Assembly: GCA_937952265.1 (NCBI GenBank)
Contig: CALFYW010000016.1
Coordinates: 334,661 to 398,660, forward strand
Direction: 5' to 3'
From: an uncultured bacterium
Lineage (GTDB): Bacteria > Patescibacteriota > Minisyncoccia > Phycocordibacterales > GCA-2401445
DNA: 64,000 bases
The notes beneath the pieces were generated by a model that was given only the letters and a program-made list of their open reading frames with translations, was not told where the DNA came from and ran no database searches. Positions within the stretch are counted from its first letter, which is position 1. Every line of letters starts with the position of its first letter. Below are positions 46,736 through 56,298 of this stretch, piece after piece. The position numbers were made by a program, and so were the translations under genes.

Positions 46736-46892
46736 AGCCAATTTTTGGTGTCGACCACACCATATCACAGCATAAACTATTACGCAACGTAAGAGTCAAG
46801 CGTTTTGTAAGAATAGGTTTATCTTCAGGGAGGGTCAGTATTTGGAACGATTAACTCAAAATGAATACAAAATTTTATGATATACTCTCTCT

Positions 46893-47210
46893 ATGATCAT
46901 GGTAACCATAGATTCCATACCGGGAAAAGAGATTAAAGAGGTGCTTGGTATTGCGCGTGGGAGCGCGGTACGTGCCCGGCACGTGGGCAATGATATTATG
47001 GCTGGCCTCAAAGGACTGGTTGGAGGTGAAATTGAAGAATATACCAAATTGCAAGCAGAATCGCGCGAGCAAGCACTTCAACGACTTCAGAGAGACGCGG
47101 AAGAGCTTGGGGCTGACGCCGTGCTTAATATCAGGATTACCACGTCAACGGTATCAAATGGAGCTGCTGAAATTTTAGTATATGGCACCGCGGTGACCCT
47201 TACCTCCTAG
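46893..47210 (+). CDS. YbjQ/UPF0145-family protein
   Basis: MIMVTIDSIPGKEIKEVLGIARGSAVRARHVGNDIMAGLKGLVGGEI... is the UPF0145 pattern. Confidence 0.75.
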   Translation: MIMVTIDSIPGKEIKEVLGIARGSAVRARHVGNDIMAGLKGLVGGEIEEYTKLQAESREQALQRLQRDAEELGADAVLNIRITTSTVSNGAAEILVYGTAVTLTS

Positions 47211-47384
47211 CTCTATGTTTGTTGAATTTATTCCGGTAGTGTTTTGGGTTACCCTCGGAGTATTGCTGGTATATCTTATACTGCGTCGTTTGAGGATAAA
47301 GAAAGAAGAGAATTTTGAGGATCGAGATAATTAAGTTTAGAAAATCTTTACAATTTTTGTAGGGCGCCCCATAATATCCCGTAT

Positions 47385-48224
47385 ATGAAAAATATATTAA
47401 TTCTTGCGATAGTACTTTTGCTTTTGGGAAGTGTGTTGTTTTTTGGTAACCCTTCTTCTGATGAAGTAATGGAGGGTCGTGCCGAGGGAGCGGTGACCGC
47501 CGTTGATGTGACCGCTATGGCATTCGACGGCCCGGCGCTCGTTACACTTCATGATGATGCGGGAGAGGCCCAGGTGATTGCAATTCCATCGATGGGTTTG
47601 CCGTTGTGTGCGGCATTCGAGGCGATTACTCCTGTTGATCTGGTAAGTATTGGTGATCATGTTTCGGTTTTAGGATCGTATGACGAAGAGGGAAGAATTG
47701 TGCCGTGTGAAGACAGCAGTCATTTTTTGCGTGTAGAACATACGGTACGGGATAGCACTTTAGGGTATGAGTTTGTGTATCCAAAAGGTCCGGATGGCTA
47801 TATCCTTCTTGTTGATGAGGAAGCACATGGGAGTGATTTTCTTTCAGGACACCTCTTGTTCAATCGCCACGAATATGAATTATTTATGAATAGTACTGAC
47901 GCGCGCGAAGGCCCTCCTGCACTCCATGTGCGGGTATACGAAAACCCTGAGAATCTTCATGCACCGGTGTGGGCTGAGCGGAATCCAAATGAGTCAAACA
48001 TTGCGCTCGCGTTTGGTGAGCCTCAAGAGCGCGTTGTTTCTGGAGCAAACGCCATTCACTACATTGCGGATGGTTTGTATGCCACTGATACTTATATCAT
48101 TGCCCATGCCGGGTATATCTATGTATTGATGGGGTCATACCTTGATCAAGATTCAAAACAGTATCGAGATTATCAGTCGATGGTTGAATCTTTTACCTTC
48201 ATTAAAACACCCGATCAGGTGTAA
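47385..48224 (+). CDS. Hypothetical secreted protein
   Basis: Signal peptide (ILAIVLLLLGSVLFF). No recognisable domain. Confidence 0.4.
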   Translation: MKNILILAIVLLLLGSVLFFGNPSSDEVMEGRAEGAVTAVDVTAMAFDGPALVTLHDDAGEAQVIAIPSMGLPLCAAFEAITPVDLVSIGDHVSVLGSYDEEGRIVPCEDSSHFLRVEHTVRDSTLGYEFVYPKGPDGYILLVDEEAHGSDFLSGHLLFNRHEYELFMNSTDAREGPPALHVRVYENPENLHAPVWAERNPNESNIALAFGEPQERVVSGANAIHYIADGLYATDTYIIAHAGYIYVLMGSYLDQDSKQYRDYQSMVESFTFIKTPDQV

Positions 48225-48251
48225 GCGGATACCATAATATCTAAACGGATT

Positions 48252-49151
48252 ATGAAAAATTGTGTCATGATACTCATCGTACTCTCTTTGGGGATTGGCG
48301 GATGGTATTTTTTCTCTCAACAGAAATCTGAAACTAACGAAGCGGTGAGCCCGCTTGATGCCACGTATCGGATTGACGGTGAATCGATTACTCTTTCAGA
48401 AGGCATGGCGGAAGTGGAAGAAGCAGACAATGAGGGGGTAAGAAGCGCGGTGGCGGTCTTTGGCGAACCCGCATATGGTGATATTGATCAGGATGGTGAT
48501 ACTGATGCAGTCCTCATTCTGACCCGTGATCTTGGTGGAAGTGGAACGTTCTATTACGCCGCGCTTGCAGTGAATGTCGATGGATCGTATCGGGGTACTG
48601 ACACGATTCTCCTGGGAGATCGTATCGCGCCACAGACATTCTCGGTCCGAGGAAATCGGGCAGAGATTAATTACGCAGTACGAGTACCCACTGAGCCAAT
48701 GGTTACGGAACCTTCTATTGGAAAGACACTTCATCTCCAGTTTGATCCTGAAACACTGAACTTAATCGAGGTGGCGGTAAATTTTGAAGGTGAGGCGGAT
48801 CCAGAACGACTCACGCTGAGCATGCATCCATGGGTATGGATAAAAACAACATACAACAATGATACAGAGGTGGTACCTCATCAAGCAGGTGCGTTCACGA
48901 TGGTTTTCAAAGACGATGGATCTTTTTCAGCAACTACCGATTGTAATTCAATGGCTGGTAGTTACGAAGTGACCCAAAAACAAATTTCGTTTAAGGATAG
49001 CGCGGTAACGCTTAAATACTGCGAAGGTTCTCAAGAGCAGGAGTTTTTTGCGATGCTTGAAGAGGTTTCCTCTTTTCTCTTTACGAGTCGTGGGGAGTTG
49101 GTATTTGAACTTCCATTGGATACCGGCTCTATGATTTTTCGAGGCAAGTAA
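48252..49151 (+). CDS. Secreted protein with a C-terminal META/HslJ-like domain, tentative
   Basis: Signal/TM. The C-terminus (...FSATTDCNSMAGSYEVTQKQISFKDSAVTLKYCEGS...FFAML...) resembles META-domain motifs. Confidence 0.45.
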   Translation: MKNCVMILIVLSLGIGGWYFFSQQKSETNEAVSPLDATYRIDGESITLSEGMAEVEEADNEGVRSAVAVFGEPAYGDIDQDGDTDAVLILTRDLGGSGTFYYAALAVNVDGSYRGTDTILLGDRIAPQTFSVRGNRAEINYAVRVPTEPMVTEPSIGKTLHLQFDPETLNLIEVAVNFEGEADPERLTLSMHPWVWIKTTYNNDTEVVPHQAGAFTMVFKDDGSFSATTDCNSMAGSYEVTQKQISFKDSAVTLKYCEGSQEQEFFAMLEEVSSFLFTSRGELVFELPLDTGSMIFRGK

Positions 49152-49209
49152 TCCCTGAGACTGTCAACGGTTTGTGCCGGTGTTTTATTTTTGTTATGGT
49201 AGGGGGTAT

Positions 49210-50298
49210 ATGAAGGGATTTATTACGATTATTATTATCGCAGTTCTTATTTTTATTGGTTATTCTTTTATTAGCAACCCATCGGAAGAGGCTTCTCCTG
49301 AGGAGGGCGCCATGATGATGAGTCATCCAGTAACCGTGTCTCCTATTGCGCACGCAACCGCGGTGCTTACCTGGGGCGAAAGCACACTCTACGCCGATCC
49401 AGTAGGAGGGGCAGCTGCATTTAGTGGTCATGAGTCACCAGATATAGTACTTCTGACAGATATCCATCAAGACCACCTCGATGTTGCAACACTCGAAGCA
49501 ATCGTAACGGAAGAGACAATGCTTGTTGCGCCTCAAGCCGTAGCGGATGAGCTTTCTCAAGAATTACTTACCCAAACGACCGTGCTTGCTAATGGTGAGA
49601 CAGCAGAGATAGGAGGGTTTTCAATTGAAGCAGTTCCTATGTATAACCTCCCTCAAAGCGAAGATTCCTACCATATCAAAGGCCGTGGGAATGGGTATGT
49701 GATTGAAAAAGACGGAACTCGTTTGTATCTCGCGGGAGATACTTCTGGTACTCCAGAAATGCAGGCGCTTACCGATATTGCTGTTGCGCTTGTTCCTATG
49801 AATCTTCCCTATACGATGAGTGTTGAGGAGGCAGCTGAGGCAGTCTTGGCGTTTGCTCCAAAAACTGTCTACCCGTATCACTATCGTGGAACAGAAGGAT
49901 TAAGTGATGTTGCCCGATTTAAGCAGTTGGTTAATGCGGGAAATCCGGATATTGAAGTAGTGCTTCTTACCTGGTATCCAGAAGAAGAAAAAGCAGGTGG
50001 AGCAATGATGGAAGCGGGAGCCTCTGATGTGGTGGTAGAAATCTCAGGTAAGAATTTCGAATATGATGTTACTGAGATCAAGGTATCTCAGGGTGATACC
50101 GTAACCATTAACTTCACCAGCACCTCGGGATTTCATGACTGGGTAGTGGATGAGTTTGATGCCAAAACCGCGCAAGTGAACGCGGGTGGAGAGACATCAG
50201 TTACGTTTGTTGCAGACAAAGCGGGTACCTATGAATATTACTGTTCAGTAGGAAACCACCGCGCGCAAGGTATGGTAGGTACACTTATTGTCGAGTAG
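49210..50298 (+). CDS. Membrane-anchored MBL-fold hydrolase fused to a C-terminal cupredoxin (type-1 copper) domain
   Basis: N-terminal TM, then MBL-like ...VLLTDIHQDHLD...LYLAGDTSG...VYPYHY. The C-terminus has GFHDWVVDEFD (plastocyanin-like His region) and YYCSVGNHRAQGM (C-x4-H-x4-M copper ligands). Confidence 0.65.
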   Translation: MKGFITIIIIAVLIFIGYSFISNPSEEASPEEGAMMMSHPVTVSPIAHATAVLTWGESTLYADPVGGAAAFSGHESPDIVLLTDIHQDHLDVATLEAIVTEETMLVAPQAVADELSQELLTQTTVLANGETAEIGGFSIEAVPMYNLPQSEDSYHIKGRGNGYVIEKDGTRLYLAGDTSGTPEMQALTDIAVALVPMNLPYTMSVEEAAEAVLAFAPKTVYPYHYRGTEGLSDVARFKQLVNAGNPDIEVVLLTWYPEEEKAGGAMMEAGASDVVVEISGKNFEYDVTEIKVSQGDTVTINFTSTSGFHDWVVDEFDAKTAQVNAGGETSVTFVADKAGTYEYYCSVGNHRAQGMVGTLIVE

Positions 50299-50321
50299 CA
50301 CGATATCTTTAAGAAGCGAAT

Positions 50322-50666
50322 ATGAAATTCGAACATGAGCAAATACAGTATGTTGAATTCCTATCTCGTGATTTGTCGATCATTAAGAAATTTTATACGG
50401 ACGCATTTGGATGGAAGTTCACGGATTGGGGAGACGCCTATACTTCATTTGAAGGGGTGTATGTTCACGGTGGCTTTACCGTCGGTGAACCGGTAGCTGG
50501 AAGCGTGCTCGTCATCCTTTATTCTGAGCGGCTCGAAGAAACGAAAGAAAAAATAATCAAAGCGGGCGGGAAGGTGGTGAAGGATATCTTTTCTTTTCCA
50601 GGAGGAAGACGTTTTCATTTCGCTGATCCTGATGGTAATGAACTTGCGGTTTGGTCGGATAAATAG
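50322..50666 (+). CDS. VOC-family (glyoxalase/bleomycin-resistance fold) protein
   Basis: ...VEFLSRDLSIIKKFYTDAFGWKF...FHFADPDGNELAVW is the VOC beta-alpha-beta-beta-beta pattern. Confidence 0.7.
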   Translation: MKFEHEQIQYVEFLSRDLSIIKKFYTDAFGWKFTDWGDAYTSFEGVYVHGGFTVGEPVAGSVLVILYSERLEETKEKIIKAGGKVVKDIFSFPGGRRFHFADPDGNELAVWSDK

Positions 50667-50945
50667 GTCAATAGCATACTCGAGATTTAGGATACCGGCT
50701 TATCCCCAATTCTCCTTCAAGCGTATGGCCCCTGAGCTGGAGGGCTTTATCGGTACATCATGTGCAATCCTAAATGGGAGTATACATCTATCTTGAAACA
50801 CGCGTAGCGTAGATAGGAGGTCATAAAACATACAGAGCGCCTGACCAGCGCTTTTTCTTTACAAAAATCTTTTAATATGGTATATTATGTTTAGTACATA
50901 TCGTACGGAAATCTGAGACTAACCTATTAACCATAAAGGAGTCCT

Positions 50946-52040
50946 TTGAAACCAACAATAAAATTCTATGAATCAGCGGAAAAAAGATTAACCCTTGAGG
51001 TCATCTCATCACTACAAAATTTGAATGGTGATGCGGTTCAACCGTTATGGGATCTTCTTGAAAAAACTTCTCTAACCGGAGATTTCAAACTATTTGTTAA
51101 CAGGAAAATTCCTGGTTCTCATCTGGATCATTCCGCAGCAGTGAAAGTGAGCGGTTTAACTCAACTCTTAAATTATGTTGCGGTAAAGTTTCAATGTTCG
51201 CCAGAATATTGCTATGACGGGACACTTTCTTGCCGGCATGATGGAAATGGGGAAGAATCCCGCCTTCCACCGTCACAAATTAATCAGGAACTTCAGTCTG
51301 TTGCTGGTAGAAGCTGGTATAATCCAAATGAATCAATATCTGAAAGAAGGGCCCATGTAGTGTCATCTCAACAACAACCCCTCGTCTCTCTTGGGGATGC
51401 GTTAGGTAAGAGCATCGACCCTCGTACGGAGCCCTCTTCGGATACACCGCCTGATGCTGAGAAAAGAGAAGACATGCTTTCTCTTGATCAACAATCAGTA
51501 ATCCGAATATTTAAGGATATTTCGGAAAAATTAAGATCAAGATATGCTGACTCAGCTGATGTTTCCGACGCGATACTTATGTGTGCATACGGGACCAAAG
51601 AAGGGATCGACAGGAGAAAGTGCGGGCCAATCATTAGAGCCTGGATTAGGAAGGGGTTGCTTATCTGTACCGAGAAGAAAGGTAGCAAGAGAATATATCG
51701 CATTATTGATGGTGCAATACAAACTTTTGGCCTTGACATTCCAAATGTCCAGCTCGCATTGGAGCGAGATACCAAGGAAAAGAAAACACCACCAAGGAAA
51801 GACGTTATTTCATTAGGTGGGACCCTGGTCTCAATCCAAGAAAAAGCAGTAAAACTCTTGGACGCCGAAGAAACAGCACGCACGCTTGATCTTGAGCGAT
51901 TAACACTTGAAGATAGACTCAAGACTATACAGAATCAACGTGATCAACTCAAATCAATACTTGAAGATGATGATCTTCGTCGCGCAAAGGATGTTTGGTT
52001 AAATATATCAGATTACATTAAACAAACAGAAGAAAGGTGA
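50946..52040 (+). CDS. Hypothetical protein (N-terminal domain, a disordered Ser/Pro/Gln linker, a wH-like segment, a C-terminal coiled coil); AT-rich gene
   Basis: TTG start 6 nt downstream of AAAGGAG. The wH-like segment is ...GPIIRAWIRKGLLICTEKKGSKRIYRIIDG.. and the C-terminal coiled coil is (LDLERLTLEDRLKTIQNQRDQLKSIL). Confidence 0.35.
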   Translation: MKPTIKFYESAEKRLTLEVISSLQNLNGDAVQPLWDLLEKTSLTGDFKLFVNRKIPGSHLDHSAAVKVSGLTQLLNYVAVKFQCSPEYCYDGTLSCRHDGNGEESRLPPSQINQELQSVAGRSWYNPNESISERRAHVVSSQQQPLVSLGDALGKSIDPRTEPSSDTPPDAEKREDMLSLDQQSVIRIFKDISEKLRSRYADSADVSDAILMCAYGTKEGIDRRKCGPIIRAWIRKGLLICTEKKGSKRIYRIIDGAIQTFGLDIPNVQLALERDTKEKKTPPRKDVISLGGTLVSIQEKAVKLLDAEETARTLDLERLTLEDRLKTIQNQRDQLKSILEDDDLRRAKDVWLNISDYIKQTEER

Positions 52041-52105
52041 GAGTCTTTCTCACATCCAACAAAAGCAAGGGAAACCTTGCTTTTTTATTTAACTCGAAGC
52101 GCTAG

Positions 52106-52762
52106 ATGACATGGTATACTTTTTTTATGTCAGTTAAGACAATTCTGGTGATCATTGGAGTGTTACTCGGGGCATTTCTGATATGGAATATTTTGGATCG
52201 TGATACTGGTGTCATTACCAATTATCCGCCTGCGCGAGACGTTGTTGTTTCCTTTGGTGATAGTCTGGTTGAAGGAGTTGGTGCGACTTCAGGCAACGAT
52301 TTCTCCTCAATTCTTGAGGATCGTCTGGGTGTCCCTATTATCAATCGTGGTATTCGCGGAAACACGACTGCTGATGGCCTTGCTCGTATTGATGACGTGC
52401 TCCGAAGAGATACTCCGGGCGTGGTCATTCTTCTTTTAGGAGGGAATGATGCAATAAGGCGAGTTTCCGTTGAAGAGACGTTTAAAAATTTAAGTACGAT
52501 TATTGAAAAAATCCACGCACGCGGCGCGGTAACCCTTTTGGTTGGTGTGCAAGGAGGTATTTTAGGAGATAAGTACAAAGGTGAGTTTAGGGATTTGAGA
52601 AAGCGTTATCAGACCGCGTTTGTGCCGGATATCCTTGATGGTTTAATTGGTACACCAGGCTTAATGTATGATGGAGTTCATCCAAACGATGAGGGCTATC
52701 GCGTCATCGCAGATCGGCTTGAGCCAGTATTGCGAGAACTACTTTTAGAAAGTCGGGAATAG
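52106..52762 (+). CDS. SGNH/GDSL-family hydrolase
   Basis: VSFGDSL (block I), LLLGGNDA (block III) and DGVHPN (block V). Confidence 0.75.
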   Translation: MTWYTFFMSVKTILVIIGVLLGAFLIWNILDRDTGVITNYPPARDVVVSFGDSLVEGVGATSGNDFSSILEDRLGVPIINRGIRGNTTADGLARIDDVLRRDTPGVVILLLGGNDAIRRVSVEETFKNLSTIIEKIHARGAVTLLVGVQGGILGDKYKGEFRDLRKRYQTAFVPDILDGLIGTPGLMYDGVHPNDEGYRVIADRLEPVLRELLLESRE

Positions 52763-52763
52763 A

Positions 52764-53633
52764 TTAAGATACATTAATGAGCGCACCGACCACTTTTTCA
52801 AGTGTGGATTCAGGTATTCCGTCAGGAGTGTTTGTTTGCGTATTGAGGTCAATAGGCTGATTAAGGTAATCGACAATCAGGAGCTCATCCTCTCCTGAGG
52901 GGATAGTGGTTTCAAAAGAGAATAGGTCGATTTTTCCAATATCAAAAATCTTTTGCGCGTACGAAGAAAGTGTGCGCGCGATCCCCTCTTCTTCGGTGGT
53001 ACCTTCGAAAGCTCGATATACGTGATTGAGCGGATTCCACCAATGGTGGATAATGGCGCCGTTTGCAAAGATGCTTCGAAACCATGCGGGAGCATGATTA
53101 ATTATTTTTGGAGTAATAAATGGTTCGATTAACGCTCCATCGAAATAATTGTTTGCAATGAAATTTTCGATATCCGCATTGTTCCGTGCTCCAATTTCAA
53201 CGCTCTCCGCATCCGCGCTATGTGCTGACTTAATAACGAATGGTGGTTTGATAGACGGCGGTTTCTCAAATGGTCCATGGGCGGTGATAGTATGCGCCTC
53301 GATTAATGGAAGCTCTTTTTTGCTGAAGAGGTCTCGAAGTATGATTTTGTTTCCTACTTTTGCCGCGTGATAAGGGTCGTTTATAATTCGAGTTCCATTT
53401 TTCTTAAGCATTTCAAGGAGGGTAAGGTATGGAGGATAATCAATTGACCCTCGATCAATACTATATTGGGCAGAAAGTTTATTTGCTTCAATACGAGAGA
53501 GGCTTTCCTCAAAATTAGAGAAGGTGATTTCATAGAGAGATATATTTTTCTCTCTGCTCTTTTCTCGAAGCATTCGTGCGAATGGCTCATCTACATAACT
53601 TGTCCATGCAAGTATGAAATCATAGCTCTCCAT
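52764..53633 (-). CDS. ATP-grasp-like domain protein, tentative
   Basis: PFVIKSAHSADAESVEI...GALIEPFI and ...ELLIVDYLNQPID resemble the ATP-grasp central and C-terminal motifs. Confidence 0.4.
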   Translation of the reverse strand: MESYDFILAWTSYVDEPFARMLREKSREKNISLYEITFSNFEESLSRIEANKLSAQYSIDRGSIDYPPYLTLLEMLKKNGTRIINDPYHAAKVGNKIILRDLFSKKELPLIEAHTITAHGPFEKPPSIKPPFVIKSAHSADAESVEIGARNNADIENFIANNYFDGALIEPFITPKIINHAPAWFRSIFANGAIIHHWWNPLNHVYRAFEGTTEEEGIARTLSSYAQKIFDIGKIDLFSFETTIPSGEDELLIVDYLNQPIDLNTQTNTPDGIPESTLEKVVGALINVS

Positions 53634-53701
53634 GGTTATTAGTATACCCTATTTATGCTGTTTGATTCATGTGTCAATATCAGTACAATATGGTGGAGTA
53701 T

Positions 53702-54436
53702 ATGAAGAATATTATTCTGGTAGTTGTTTTGGTTGGACTCGCTTCAATAGTATTACTCTGGAGAGAAGCGGATGATACGGGGAAGATGTCCGAGTTATTC
53801 GGAAGCTATTTTGGTGACGAACTTATGCTACAAGGGATTGAGGATATTGGGCATCCAATCGAAGGTTTTGATGCGGATTTACTCATGATTGCTTTCCCGG
53901 GATTGCTTCCCGTTGATTTTCATGGTGTGAGCGCATTTGAAGGGAAATACCAATTTAAAGATGGGGAACTCTCTTTTATACGTAATAGTTCAAATCCTAT
54001 TTCTTCTGCGGAGCGCACCGTATCTTCCGAGGGGTATCAAGTGCTTCTTGAGAATGTAGGCAATCGGCTGAACCGCGTGATTCAAAATGAATACGATGTT
54101 CGTATGTTAATTGACGCAGTGAATATTGCCGAGCGTGTTGAGGCCAGGATCGGAATTTCTGGAGAGGCGTTAGGGGTCTCCATTACACCATTGTCGGTGC
54201 TTGAGGATAGCCGGTGTCCGATTGACGCTCTCTGTGTTCAAGCGGGAACCGTTCGACTTAACGTACGTATTGAAAATAGTCGTGGTGCCGATGAGATGGA
54301 AATTCAACTACGCGGAGAAGGAGTAAATACTGAAGCAGAGAAAATCACACTCTTACAGGTACAGCCTGATCCGGCAACTGACCGCGTACTTGAGGATTCA
54401 GATTACCTCTTCGTATTTGAGATACGAAAGCGTTAA
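53702..54436 (+). CDS. Hypothetical secreted protein
   Basis: MKNIILVVVLVGLASIVLL is a signal/TM. No domain recognised. Confidence 0.4.
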   Translation: MKNIILVVVLVGLASIVLLWREADDTGKMSELFGSYFGDELMLQGIEDIGHPIEGFDADLLMIAFPGLLPVDFHGVSAFEGKYQFKDGELSFIRNSSNPISSAERTVSSEGYQVLLENVGNRLNRVIQNEYDVRMLIDAVNIAERVEARIGISGEALGVSITPLSVLEDSRCPIDALCVQAGTVRLNVRIENSRGADEMEIQLRGEGVNTEAEKITLLQVQPDPATDRVLEDSDYLFVFEIRKR

Positions 54437-54438
54437 GT

Positions 54439-55230
54439 ATGATTGAGGGGATTATCATGGGCCTTATTCAAGGGATCGCGGAATGGCTCCCGATAAGTTC
54501 CGAAGGTCTTTTAGTGCTTGCCGATATTCATCTATTTGGAAGCACGAGCGTTTCAGAGAGTATTTCACTGGCCGTGTTTCTGCACCTCGGTACATTTGCT
54601 GCGGCATTGTGTTATTTTTGGAGAGATGTGGTTAGACTGGTGCGCGCCGGTATTTCCTGGAAAGATGCATCTATCGCCGAGCGAAAGCTCATACAGTTCC
54701 TTGCGATCGCAACCCTAGTCAGCGCTTTATTAGGAGGACTCTTTTTAGTTCTCATTGATACGTGGGAGAATTTTTTCCTGCTCTCAGGAAAAGTGGCAAC
54801 GTTTGGTATTGGTGGTATGCTTCTCATAACTGGTTTGATTATGTTACAGAGAAAAGCGCATATTGAACGTGAGTTGTCGAGTATGTCTGTTACGGATGCG
54901 CTATTACTTGGGGCAGCGCAGGGGAGTGCAGCAATACCAGGTATATCAAGATCGGGAATTACGGTCTCTGGATTACTCCTCCGTGGTTTTGGTGACGCGA
55001 CCGCGCTTCGAGTGAGCTTTCTTATGAGCTTGCCAATTGTGCTCCTTGGTAATATTTTCCTAAATGTTAATAACCTCTCTTTTTCAATCGAAGCGGTCTT
55101 AGGACTTGTGGTTGCTTTCGTTGCGGGACTTTCGACCATTCATGTATTGCTCACCTTTGCGCGGAAAGTCTCTTTCTCTCGTTTTGTCATTGTGTTCGCT
55201 CTTCTCCTCATTTTCTCAGTCTTTTTCTAG
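54439..55230 (+). CDS. uppP: Undecaprenyl-diphosphatase
   Basis: ...GIAEWLPISSEG... and PGISRSG are the conserved BacA/UppP motifs. Polytopic membrane protein. Confidence 0.85.
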   Translation: MIEGIIMGLIQGIAEWLPISSEGLLVLADIHLFGSTSVSESISLAVFLHLGTFAAALCYFWRDVVRLVRAGISWKDASIAERKLIQFLAIATLVSALLGGLFLVLIDTWENFFLLSGKVATFGIGGMLLITGLIMLQRKAHIERELSSMSVTDALLLGAAQGSAAIPGISRSGITVSGLLLRGFGDATALRVSFLMSLPIVLLGNIFLNVNNLSFSIEAVLGLVVAFVAGLSTIHVLLTFARKVSFSRFVIVFALLLIFSVFF

Positions 55231-56265
55231 TTGTTTTTGCGAATAGGTTTTTGTTATCATAGTTGTATGCAAAGAAAGATATATCATAATGGAAATATAT
55301 TCCTCTACGGGGTGGTTGTGATCGCGCTTGTATTAGTAGGTTTGTGGTTTTTAGGGATGAGTGTTGAAGAAGAGCCGGTCAATGGAGGGAAAGATACAGA
55401 ATGGAAAACCTATCGAAGCGATGAATTTCATTTTGAAATTGATTATCCAGCCACCTGGGAGAAAGCATTCTTTCCGGATCACGCACTCGGTCCAGTGATT
55501 AATTTTTATCCAGGTGGACTTGAGGAGGATCTCCCGTTGATACATCACAGTAGTGTTCCGCAGGTTTCAATTTTCCCACACGGGATTCCTACTGAGGGTG
55601 TCTTTGGGGTGACCGCAACAAGCAGTATCGCGTTTGGCATCCCCACGCGTCTCATGCATGATTTCATAACTTCAGATGGTGATGCGTGGGCAACGTTTAT
55701 GGCTCCTCAGTATGCGCCGCCATCATGGAATGAGTCAGGATTTATTTGGGCAGAGGCACCTCCCCATAATCTCTCAATTGATTGTGTGCGTGATGGCGTA
55801 ACTATTGATGAGGAAATGTGCGATCCAATCTTCGGAGATCAGATCATCCGTCATGGATCAGTCGATGAGCCTTTGCGGGAGATACAAGTAGAGATGCTCG
55901 AAAGTTTTCGCTTTACCATTGGGAGTTCAGGTATGGTAGCAGATAGGATTTTTGTGGATTCTCCTCAGCCGGATGAGATAATTCAAAGTCCTTTGGTTAT
56001 TTCAGGTAATGCTCGAGGGATGTGGTATTTTGAAGCAACCTTTCCGGTAACCCTTGTAGATTGGGACGGACTCATTATTGCTGAAGGGTATGTAACCGCG
56101 GAAGATACATGGATGACGGAAGATCTTGTCCCATTTAAAGGGGAGTTGGTTTTTGAAACTCCTTCCTATGGGGATCGTGGCGCGCTGATCCTTCATCGAT
56201 CAAATGCATCCGGGCTTCCTGAGCACGATGCTTCGATTGAGATTCCCATCCGTTTTAAGAGATAG
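55231..56265 (+). CDS. Secreted protein with a C-terminal Gmad2-type immunoglobulin-like domain
   Basis: TM anchor. The C-terminus reads ...VISGNARGMWYFEATFPVTLVDWDGLIIAEGYVTAEDTWMTEDLVPFKGELVF..., matching the Gmad2 pattern. Confidence 0.55.
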   Translation: MFLRIGFCYHSCMQRKIYHNGNIFLYGVVVIALVLVGLWFLGMSVEEEPVNGGKDTEWKTYRSDEFHFEIDYPATWEKAFFPDHALGPVINFYPGGLEEDLPLIHHSSVPQVSIFPHGIPTEGVFGVTATSSIAFGIPTRLMHDFITSDGDAWATFMAPQYAPPSWNESGFIWAEAPPHNLSIDCVRDGVTIDEEMCDPIFGDQIIRHGSVDEPLREIQVEMLESFRFTIGSSGMVADRIFVDSPQPDEIIQSPLVISGNARGMWYFEATFPVTLVDWDGLIIAEGYVTAEDTWMTEDLVPFKGELVFETPSYGDRGALILHRSNASGLPEHDASIEIPIRFKR

Positions 56266-56298
56266 GTAAATCTTGTTTGTATAATTTCTGTCTCCAGA

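Noticed and set aside
47215-47334. 39-aa hydrophobic ORF (MFVEFIPVVFWVTLGVLLVYLILRRLRIKKEENFEDRDN) directly after ybjQ
   Set aside because: Plausible small membrane peptide (4 nt after the ybjQ stop), but too short to support without conservation data.
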